Below, in pieces: positions 51,456 through 62,089 of a DNA stretch of 64,000 nucleotides. The first letter of the stretch is position 1; every line of letters begins with the position of its first letter. Both the position numbers and the translations under genes were made by a program. The notes beneath the pieces were generated by a model. The model saw only the letters and a list, made by a program, of their open reading frames with translations. It searched no databases and had not been told where the DNA came from. This DNA is from Octopus sinensis (taxonomy: Eukaryota). The stretch is taken from positions 11,656,001 through 11,720,000 of the forward strand of contig NC_043000.1 in assembly GCF_006345805.1 (NCBI RefSeq). Reading direction: 5' to 3'.

Positions 51456-51965
51456 TTATAGGGCATGCTTCTTTCATTTCCCATCTACCAAATTCACTAC
51501 ACTCACAAAGATTTGGTGGGCCTAAGGCTATCGAAAAAAACATTTGCCCAGGGTGGCAAGTAAAAACCCAGAAACATATAGTTGGTATGCAAGCTTCTTT
51601 GTACATTTATATATTTACATGTATATGACTTGGTTTGGGCAATTACAGGTAAGTTCACTGCCATCAATTCACCATGAAGAAAGTTCACCATGTGGAAACT
51701 TCACTGCAAGAAAAGTTTACTCTTTTACTCTCTTTTACTTGTTTCGGTCATTTGACTGCGGCCATGCTGGAGCAGCACCTTTAGTTGAGCAAATCAACAC
51801 CCAGGACTTATTCTTTGTAAGCCTAGTACTTATTCTATCAGTCACTTTTGCCGAACCGCTAAGTGACGGGGAAGACACTTGCCCAAGATGCCACCAGTGG
51901 GACTGAACCCAGAACCATGTGGTTGGTTAGCAAAGCTACATACCACACAGCCACTCCTGCCGCTC

Positions 51966-51996
<31 letters not shown>

Positions 51997-52069
51997 TTAT
52001 ATATATATAAATATATACATATATATATATAATATATATATATATATAATATATGATATATATATATAT

Positions 52070-52136
<67 letters not shown>

Positions 52137-52468
52137 AATGTATGCATATATACGACACGCTTCTTTCAGTCTCTGTCTACCAAATCCACTCATAAGGCTT
52201 TGGTCGGCCGAGGCTATAGTGGAAAGAACCTTGCCCAAAGGTGCACGCAGTGGGACTGAAAACCGGAAACCATGTGGTGGTTAGCAAGCTACTTACCACA
52301 CAGCACTCCTGCGCCTATATATAAATATATATATATAATATAATATACGGTTTAAGTAATTGAGATTCAAGTGAATTCTAATGAATTCTCATGAATATGG
52401 TCCTTAATAGGATGCACCGGAAATCTATATGGTGTGTTAACCATACGACAAGTGGGGTGATTCACATC

Positions 52469-52515
<47 letters not shown>

Positions 52516-52561
52516 TTTATATATGCATATTTATATATAATATAATATATATGTATATATA

Positions 52562-53323
52562 TAATACTACAAAATTTAGAGAATGGAGAAAAACATACTT
52601 AAATCAATAAAACATCAACTATCCGATGATAACCCAATCAATACTTTAAATACACCATTACATATGAGTAAAGGCATTTATATAAAATGAGATATACAGT
52701 AATAGTAAAAAGATAAAGAGATATAGTAAAAAATTTTCAAAATATAATCTGCAATAAATCAAAAATGACAGCTGTTCGGCAGTGAGGGCAGTCATACCTC
52801 ATTTAACCTCTTAGCCATAAAGGCAGGTTTTGTTTTGTTTTGTTTGTTTGTTTTGTTTTATTTGTTCTGTTTACCTTCCTTTATGTACCAATAAGTATTA
52901 TATTATTAGAGTGTAGCATTATGATGTATAAGTTTTTATATTTTTATATTTACATTTTTATATTTTTCTATTTATATGTATATGGTTATATTATATTTTC
53001 ACAATTATAACAAATTTAATTTAATGATCTGAAGAGGCCATGGGGCATCCTTGTTAATGCTCATTTATACCTGCCTTTATGGCTAAGAGGTTAAAGAGGA
53101 TGACTGCCCTCACTGCCGAAACAGCTGTCAGTTTGATGTAATTGCATATGATATTTGAAAATTTTTTACTTATATCTCTATCTTTTTACTATTACTGTAT
53201 ATCTCATTTTATATAATGCCTTTACTCATATGTAATGTTGTTTAAAGTATTGATTGGGTATCATCGGATAGTTGATGTTTTATTGATTAAGTAGTTTCTC
53301 CATTCTCTAATTTTGTAGTATTA
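52562..53323. repeat. Long inverted repeat (arms 52562-52828 and 53069-53323; 240-bp spacer) next to (TA)n
   Basis: Arms are reverse complements differing largely by 1-2 bp indels. Confidence 0.95.
53023..53135 (+). ncRNA. Type I hammerhead ribozyme with an extended stem II
   Basis: CTGAAGA(53029)-GGCCATGGGGCA...TGCCCTCACTGCC-GAAA(53118)-C-AGCT-G-TC(53129). Stem I is imperfect as assembled. Confidence 0.65.
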
Positions 53324-53510
53324 ATTTCGGTAATATTATTACCTTTACCCATATATACAATAGATGAACTGATTTGTGACAATTTTTAACATCTATGATT
53401 AATCTGTTGGGGGTACCTATCTGGCAGTATATGGATATATATATCCAATGGTGGGTTGAATTTTTTTCAACCCTATCTCATTTATAACCCTATGTATATA
53501 TATATTATAT

Positions 53511-53547
<37 letters not shown>

Positions 53548-55080
53548 CATTTATATATATTAATTAAATGTATGCATATATACGACAGGCTTCTTTCAGT
53601 CTCTGTCTTACCAAATCCACTCATAAGGCTTTGGTCGGCCCGAGGCTATAGTAGAAGACACTTGCCCAAGGTGCCACGCAGTGGGACTGAACCTGGAACC
53701 ATGTGGTTGGTAAGCAAGCTACATACCACAGAGCCACTCCTGCGCCTATATCGAGAAAGTATATTCCGTATTATCTCACCATTAATTGTTACAAACTATT
53801 TTATTGAAAAAAGACCATGAACTTTCCCAACGGTGAATTGATGACGGTGAACTTAGCAGAGATGGGATTGAGCCTTTAACCCCTAATGGAGAAAGCAACA
53901 TAACAGAGGCTTGTTTTGAGTATTTTAAACCAGGAAGAGACCATTCCTGCCTAGTTTTGACCTAATTTCTTCCAGAGAGAGTCGTGGAGGGGAGAAATGG
54001 GGAAAGGGAGTGACACGGAGGAGAGAAAGGGGGAGACGGTGAGGGAGATGGGAGAGAGGGGAGAGTGAGAAGGAGAGAGAGAAATAATGTGAATATTTGC
54101 ACACAAACCGAAAGAATACCCTATTCTCTCTTTCTCACCCCCTCTCTCTCTCCTTCCCTCTCTCTCTCCTTCCGTCTCTTTCTATCTATTTTTTCTGTGC
54201 GTGCGCGTGTATGTGTGCGTGTTTATGTTTGTGAAAGTGTTGGTGCATACGTGCATGCCCCCCCCCCCGTGTATGTGTGTGTGTGTGTGTGTCTGTGTGT
54301 GTGTGCGTGCGTGTGTGCGTATACTGCTGTCTTGAGTTACGTCCCTTTTATGTTAGAGACCAGCTTAGCAACTCAATAAAATATCTACGTTAAGTAAAAT
54401 AAGTTTTGGGATTAATACGATTAACTAAATCCCTTAAGGACTGTAATCCACTGACTGAAACCAGTGAAAGAAAAAAAACTCATAAAATGTTCGGCTTTAA
54501 CAGCAAAATGCAGAGATTAAGAATAAATGTAAATAAAACCTTTATATATATATATATATATATATATCGACAGAGTTACTTCCCTTAGATCAGAACGGTT
54601 TTTATATTGAATGCTTTGTCTTTATTTTCTTTTTCCCCTTCACGCACCATGTGGATAAATATAAATGCAGCTTTTTAAACTCACAAGAACCAAGAACAGC
54701 TTTCGGATCTTCTTTGGAACTGCCTTAACTTATGTTATTTATGTTGTTTGGACAGGCATGAATGTCGCAGCATCTCTGTCTTGTATTTTGGGTTTTCGTA
54801 TTTGAATTTCCAATTCTTTGTGGTTCTCACAGTATCTACTCTGTGCTGTAATGATGTCAATTACTTACGTAACTCGAAGGATAAAGCCTTTGTCTTTAAA
54901 AAAATTTTTTTTTTTTATCACGATGGAATATAAAGAAGATATTGCAAACTGTTTTTAAACAGACGTTTATATGTTTGTGAAATATCATCTGTGCTTAGAA
55001 GGCGTTGGTCTGTGATAAAAGTGTGGACACACAATATATATATATATATATATATAGTTGACGGAAACTATGGAAGCCGG

Positions 55081-55151
<71 letters not shown>

Positions 55152-55351
55152 AATCTATCTATCTATCTCTTTTACTTGTTTCAGTTATTTGACTGTGGTC
55201 AAGCTGGAGCCCCGCCTTTAGTAAGCCTAGTACTAATTTTATCGTCCTTTTGCCGAACCGCTAAGGTACGGGGACGTTAACACACCGGCGTCGGTATATA
55301 TATATATTAATATATATATATATATATGTGTGTGTGTGTAGTGTATATATA

Positions 55352-55384
<33 letters not shown>

Positions 55385-55823
55385 TACTCACACATTTACA
55401 CACACATATATACACATACACATGGAGGGAGAGAGACAGTGAAAGGAATACAGAGAAGGGTGAGGAGAGAGCCTGCTGTCTTAATGCGCCTGTACCGGAA
55501 TACGCACACACTCTACATACAGGCAAAACAGACACGCTCTATACTCGTGTCAAATACATTCAGACATATATAACCAAATATACATAAATATATATAGATA
55601 TATGGATATATGCAAATACACATAAATATGGTCACATGCTCATTATCACATTAGTGGTCCAAACATACAAGCATTCACCTTCACACACACACGCATACAT
55701 ATAGACTCGCGCACACTCACTCGCACTCACATTCAGGGTCACTCACACTCAGTATTTCACATACGTACACTCACAGACTTACACACGTGTACACACTCAC
55801 TTTCACACACGCACACACACACT

Positions 55824-55854
<31 letters not shown>

Positions 55855-56090
55855 CTTTATTGCCCACAGGGCGGCTAAGCATAGAAGGGACAAACAAGGA
55901 CAGACAAAGGGATTAAGTCGATTACAGTGTGTGGAACCCAGTGTGTAACTGGTACTTATTTAATCGACCCCGAAAGTATGAAAAGCAAAGTCGACCTCGG
56001 CAGAATTTGAACTCAGAACGTAATGGCAGACGAAATACTGCTAAGCATTTCGCCCGGCATGCTAACGATTCTGCCAGATCGTCGCCCTGG
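55855..56090 (-). mobile_element. SINE A1
   Basis: Reverse complement of tail, body and head. Confidence 0.85.
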
Positions 56091-56539
56091 CAGACGAAAT
56101 ACTGCTACACACTGGTAATATATATATCAACCCGCATCATCAACACGTATAGATACTTAGGCGCAAATACATGTACAGCAATCTCTGATGTATATGGCAT
56201 GTTGTCCCATTAATGAAAAGCGGGAAGACAACGCAGAATTTTTGTTTTTTCAGTTATTTTCATAACAGGATGTAAAATTATCAGCGAAGCCAGGGAGTCA
56301 CTCGTAAATTCGAATTGCTACACCAAGGAAATGGAGTTAAATTTTATCCTTGAAAGCATTGTATTGCAGTTTAATTATAAACTTGAGCAAAAAGTGAAAA
56401 GAACAAAAAACATTATTATGGTCAGTTGACACTTCACACAATGAATTCTTTCTTCTACTAGTATGAAATTTTGTTTCCCTCATAAATGCGGGAAAGTCAG
56501 GCGTTGTTGCCAAGGCTGTGGATACAAGATGTCAGACCT

Positions 56540-57150
56540 GGTTGTGTGGTTACGAAGCTCACCTTGCAGCCACGTGGTTTCAGGTTCAGTCCCACAGCGC
56601 GGCACTATAGGAAAATGTCTTCTACTATAGCCCTAGCCCTACTTATGCCTCCTTAATGAATTTAGTTGACGGAAACTGTGGAAGCCGGATCTATCTATCT
56701 ATCTATCGCTTTTACTAGTTTCAGTCATTTGACTGTGGCCATGCCGGAGCACCGCCTTTAGTCGAGCAAATTGACCCAAGGACTTATACTTTGTAAGCCT
56801 AGTACTTATTCTATCGGTCTCTTTTACCGAACCGCTAAGTTACGGAGACGTAAACACACCAGGGCCGACCAAAGCCTTGTGAGTGGATTTGGTAGACGGA
56901 AACTGAAAGAAGCCCGTCGCATATATGTATATATATATATGTGTGTGTATGTGTATATGTTTGTCCCCCCAACATCGCTTCACAACCGATGCTGGTGTAT
57001 TTACGTCCCCGTAACTTAGCGGTTCGGCAAAAGAGAACGATAAAATAAGTACTAGGCTTCCAAAGAATAAGTCCTGGGGTCGATTAGCTCGACTAAAGGC
57101 GTTGCTCCAGCATGGCCGCAGTCAAATGACTGAAACAAGTAAAAGGGTAA
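56540..57150. mobile_element. Rearranged cluster of family B SINE halves
   Basis: Plus head, minus tail, then plus body and tail. Confidence 0.75.
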
Positions 57151-57337
57151 AAGAGGTCAATTTGTTCCACTAAAAAACTTCAAAACGATGCTCCAGTATG
57201 ACCGCAGTCCAATGACAAACGAGAAGTAAATAACTGATACCCTTCTTTTGGAGAGAGGACGGAGCTAATAATGACCCTTCCTGCTAAGGCACAAGACCTC
57301 GAATTTTGTGGGAGGGACCGGACGATTACATGACGCC

Positions 57338-57725
57338 GGAGGCACAATGGCCCAGTGGTTAGGGCAGCGGACTCGCGGTCATAGGATCGCGGTTTCGATT
57401 CCCAGACCGGGCGTTGTGAGTGTTTATTGAGCGAAAACACCTAAAGCTCCACGAGGCTCCGGCAGGGGATGGTGGTGATCTCTGCTGTACTCTTTCACCA
57501 CAACTTTCTCTCACTCTTACTTCCTGTTTCTGTTGTACCTGTATTTCATGGGGCCGGCCTTGTCACTCTCTGTGTCACGCTGAATATCGCCGAGAACTAC
57601 GTTAAGGGTACACGTGTCTGTGGAGTGCTCAGCCACTTACACGTTAATTTCACGAGCAGGCTGTTCCGTTGATTCGGATCAACCGGAACCCTCATCGTTG
57701 TAACCGACGGAGTGCTTCCTTCTTC
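57338..57725 (+). mobile_element. SINE family C2, full length, 11-bp TSD, nested in a minus-strand A2 SINE
   Basis: TSD TACATGACGCC at 57327-57337 and 57726-57736. Confidence 0.9.
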
Positions 57726-57914
57726 TACATGACGCCAGTGCGTTACTGGTAATTATTTCATCAACCTCTAAAAAGGATAAAAAGTAAAATCAGCATCAGC
57801 GAAATTGAACTCAGAACGCAAAACCCAGACGAAACGCTTTCAAGTATTTTTATCTGGCATGCTAACGATGCTGCCGGCTCGCCTTTGCTGTTTTGTTTAA
57901 ATAGCATCAATAAT

Positions 57915-58305
57915 AGGCGCAGGAGTGGCTGTGTGGTAAGTAGCTTGCTAACCAACCACATGGTTCCGGGTTCAGTCCCACTGCGTGGCATCTTGGTAAG
58001 TGTCTTCTGCTATAGCCTCGGGCAGACCAAAGCCTTGTGAGTGGATTTGGTCGACGGAAACTGAAAGAAGCCTGTCGTATATATGTATGTGTGTGTATAT
58101 GTTTGTGTGTCTGTGTTTGTCCCTCTAGCATTGCTTGACAACCGATGCTGGTGTATTTACGTCCCCGTCACTTAGCGGTTCGGCAAAAGAGACCGATAGA
58201 ATAAGTACTGGGCTTACAAGGAATAAGTCCCGGGGTCGATTTGCTCGACTAAAGGCGGTGCTCCAGCATGGCCGTAGTCAAATGACTGAAACAAGTAAAA
58301 GAGTA
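57915..58305 (+). mobile_element. SINE family B, full length
   Basis: AGGCGCAGGAGTGGCTGTGTGGTAAG head through to the AAAAGAGTA tail. Confidence 0.9.
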
Positions 58306-58409
58306 ATAGATAAATTAAACATGTTTCTTGTCGCTTTTTATCTGTTAATTCGTGACTTCTACATAATGACGACAATTTATATGATTCTAACGTATGTGAG
58401 AAAAATATC

Positions 58410-58860
58410 GGATCTTTTCGGTTTGAACGGTAGTTTTTAACATAATTTCTAGGTAACTAAAAAATTTTTAACTTCGTATACTGGTAGAATGTGTTTATAA
58501 AACATCTTTTTCTCTTGGCTTTATTGAGAAAATTCTATAGTTTGTAAGATATTTGTTGGTTTTTTTTTCTTCAATTTCTGTAATTTCAACCAATCAATGA
58601 CATGTATTGAGGTTATAAACATTCTGTGCTGTATGAATATGTCCCTCGTTTAAGAAACAGATTGGGTTTATTTACATTTCTGAAGAAAAAAGATACTCTT
58701 CCCCCACCCCTAATCCTAACCCCAACCTTAACTAACCCTAACTCTAACCCTAATCCTAAAACAGATTGAAATGCAATAGATCAATACTAGGTTCATAATT
58801 ATGGGTGACAATTTCATATGACACCGCTAGAAAAAACTGTCGTTCAAACCGAAAAGATCC
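58410..58860. mobile_element. Merlin-like MITE (451 bp) with an internal telomere-like tract
   Basis: 29-bp TIRs GGATCTTTTCGGTTTGAACG(G/A)(T/C)AGTTTTT; 8-bp TSD AAAATATC at 58402-58409 and 58861-58868. Confidence 0.85.
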
Positions 58861-58874
58861 AAAATATCTCCTTT

Positions 58875-59190
58875 TACAGGGTGTTCAGGCTAAATTTGAC
58901 GATTCTTATGTGCCGTTTCTTCAGGAACAGCTTCATGTATCGGTGAACAGTCAACGGCGTGGGAGAGCATAAAGATTAAGGTTGCAGTTGAAAAAAAATG
59001 TTAGCTGACACGGAGGACTAAAAGCCAGAATTACCTGTATAATGATGATTCGCGCCGGTTATCGTATTGTCGAGGTCATTATTGCTACTCAATGCTCTGT
59101 GAATAGTGTAAAGGCTGTGAGATGTGACATGGACATCATGAAAACCAAGTTAGCCCAAACTGTGATGGTATCTCTATGTATTTTCAGTCA
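58875..59190 (+). mobile_element. Internally deleted maT-like element, left part
   Basis: TACAGGGTGTTCAGGCTAAATTTGAC terminus; IMKTKLAQTVMV resembles the KTK(F/H)P..VMV motif. Confidence 0.45.
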
Positions 59191-59299
59191 GAAAACGCTA
59201 GAACAACAGAAATCACGAGAAACAAAAACGAGTACAGGTGGGAGAAAATATGGATAAGAAACAAAATAATGGAAACAAAAAATATGGATAAGAGACAAA

Positions 59300-59856
59300 A
59301 AGGCGGCGAGCTGGCAGAAACGGTAGCACGCCTGGCGAAATGCGTAGCCGTATTTCGTCTGCCGTTACGTTCTGAGTTCAAATTCCGCCGAGGTCGATTT
59401 TGCCTTTCATCCTTTCGGGGGTCGATTAAATAAGTACCAGTTACACACTGGGGTCGATGTAATCGACTTAATCCGTTTGTCTGTCCTTGTTTGTCCTCTC
59501 TGTGTTTAGCCCCTTGTGGGTAGTAAAGAAATAGGTATTTCGTCTGCTGCTACGTTCTGAGTTCAAATTCCGACGAGGTTGACTTTGCCTTTCATCCTTT
59601 TCGGGGTCGATTAAATACGTACCAGTTACGCACTGGGGTCGATGTAATCAACTTAATCCGTTTGTCTGTCCTTGTTTGCCCCTTCTATGTTTAGCCCCCT
59701 GTGAGCAATAAAGAAGTAAATATTTGCCTTTCATCCTTTCGAGGTCGATAAATTAAGTACCAGTTACGCACTGGGGTCGATGTAGTCGACTTAATCCGTT
59801 TGTCTGTCCTTGTTTGTCCCCTCTGTGTTTAGCCCCTTGTGGGTAGTAAAGAAATA
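59300..59856 (+). mobile_element. SINE A1 trimer
   Basis: The second unit resumes at GGTATTTCG (59534); the third resumes at TTGCCTTTCATCC. Confidence 0.9.
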
Positions 59857-59869
59857 TATACATCGCCTT

Positions 59870-60357
59870 TCATAATGAAATTTGAATAAAGACTGTAACT
59901 TGATGTTTTGCAAACAACTTGTGCATGCAAGTGCTACCAGTCAAAAACTCCGCATACCGGAAGCCAGCAATGTTGGGGTCATCTGGAGAGAATGCGCGCC
60001 GTTCGGGGCCTACCTCTCGACGGAATCAATACGCACCGGGCCCCCCTCACTGATATGAGGCCCCGCTTGCTAGATCAACTGGTTATCAAATAAAGCTCAA
60101 TATTCTTCTAGCCATCGCTCATCGTCTCTTTTAACCAAATCCAGTGGCTAGCCTTCTCCACTGTAATTTGGATATCGGTCATGGTGGTATCGATGAGTTA
60201 GGCCTAACGATAACAACAGTCGTCTCACACTGTGTCCAACAAACCCTCTACATCCGACTTCGATTGGAAAATGCTCAGCTTTCCAGCCTGCGTCTTCACA
60301 TTCCTCGAGGAGGTTTACATAACGGCCAATCGTTCGAGCCCGAGCGGCGTCCATGAT
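59870..60357 (-). pseudogene. 3' end of a HERO-like (R2-group, restriction-like endonuclease) non-LTR retrotransposon
   Basis: RYVNLLEECEDAGWKAEHFPIEVGCRGFVG.SVRRLL..LG / EKASHWIWLKRDDERW, followed by a probable 3' UTR. Confidence 0.8.
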
Positions 60358-60757
60358 GGACTTGGTGTAAAATTTGAGGGATAAGTAAGTGTCCTGAAGA
60401 ACAAAATGGATGTTTTATGTATTAGTAAAAGGTACTGTGTGAGGATTAAGACGGATCGGTATTCACGGATGTTAGACCAGACAAAAGAAAAAAATGTCCA
60501 GTTGATTTATGATATAAAGTGCAGAAGGTGTTAGTGTGCCGTGTAGTCACGATAGACCTCTGCGGCAAAGCCTAGCTCGAATGATTGCAATGCAAACGAT
60601 TTCTGCTAAAAACACTTGTGTATCGAGAAATAGTTTTAAACCTGGCGGTCTAATGTGCCTTCTCATCCTCGAATAACAATAAAAAAAAAAATCTCTGAAC
60701 AGTCGTTGACCTACAAATCTTCAGTAAGACCTATTATGTGCACAGTGAGGCTATATA

Positions 60758-60929
60758 TACGAGGTGAGTTCTGAAAATTTTCTGGCTTTAGGGTATCGTG
60801 AAAGACCTGGATGGAGGTCCAACCTTCCAAATTCCTTTACAGAAAGAGGAATATATTGTGTAAAATCTTAACGGATCCGCCTGTACTTTTTGTTACCCAA
60901 AGCCGGGAACTTTTCAGCATCACCACGTA
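60758..60929 (+). mobile_element. mariner-derived MITE, same family as 16572-17676
   Basis: TACGAGGTGAGTTCTGAAAA...AAAGCCGGGAACTTTTCAGCATCACCACGTA. Confidence 0.75.
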
Positions 60930-61282
60930 TGTACAAGTTTATATTCGGTACAATTGATGTAAGTAAATTAATATCACTTTTCTTCCTTAAAAGCATTCAA
61001 TTGCACCGCCACACACATGAAAGTTTACTGGAATCAACATAATTTAGCTGGCGCTGGATTAAACTTATAGTTTGGAAAAATGCTTTTGCTGATACATCTG
61101 TAGAAAGTGGCATGATGAAGTGTATGAGAGAAGGAGAAAAGACAAGGCGGAAATAACCATTTCGCAGAGTAAATAAAACGCTACCTCGCAGTGAATTAAA
61201 ATTGATTTTTTTGTAGTTAAAAATCCTCAATAATAAAAGCAACTTGAAAAACCACATCTTAATAAAAAATTATATATATAAA

Positions 61283-61900
61283 TCTATTATATAAAATCCG
61301 TTCTGTCTGTCTGTGTCTGTGTCTTCTAGGATCTCGGGCATCCTCCACCCGATTGCGCTCAAATTTCATATGTAGATACCGACGGTATCAGGGCGTGGAG
61401 CTGGCAGAAACGTTAGCACGCCGGGCGAAATGCTTAGCGGTATTTCGTCTGCGTTACGTTGTGAGTTCAAATTCCGCCGAGGTCGACTTTGCCTTTCATC
61501 CTTTCGGGGTCGATAAATTAAGTACCAGTTACGCACTGGGGTCGATGTAATCGACTTAATACCTATGTCTGTCCTTGTTTGTCCCCTCTGTGTTTAGCCC
61601 CTTGTGGGTAATAAAGAAATAGGTATCAGGGCGTGTATAAGTCTTGAAAAAATTACAAAAATCGATTCCAGGCGAGAATGTGATTGATAAAGCCGTTTTT
61701 GTCCTGCTTTTCTTCCGTCAACCTGTACATAACTGCACCTTCAATTTTTTTGGTGCTTTCGTACTGCTTAAAAGCACGTTTCTTTCCTGCTAAGCTTACT
61801 GTTTAAACCATGTTTGTGTTCTCCCAGTATCATTACTGGTACTTTAAACTCTTCGGTTGCATATTTGTGCGAATAAAATCGTTTTTCTTTGGAATAGAAA
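61283..61900 (+). mobile_element. Helitron/HINE-like 5' fragment interrupted by SINE A1
   Basis: A|TCTATTATATAAAA...(CTGT)n...CCGATTGCGCTCAAATTT start. No 3' CTAG hairpin was found and the right boundary is uncertain. Confidence 0.45.
61398..61621 (+). mobile_element. SINE A1 with a 14-bp TSD
   Basis: TSD GGTATCAGGGCGTG at 61384-61397 and 61622-61635. Confidence 0.95.
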
Positions 61901-62037
61901 AGAAAGTCCATCTTTATTTCTTCTTTTGCTGGTGTCTCAAATTTAGGTTAAATCAGTGTTTCTCAAAGAGAGAAAATTTGGTTTAAATGTTTGACAACTC
62001 AGCACCGTCCATTGGACGCGGGGGGGGGGGTGCTCGT

Positions 62038-62089
<52 letters not shown>

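Noticed and set aside
58705-58760. True telomere or chromosome-fusion site
   Set aside because: The tract is short, degenerate and enclosed by MITE TIRs and a TSD.
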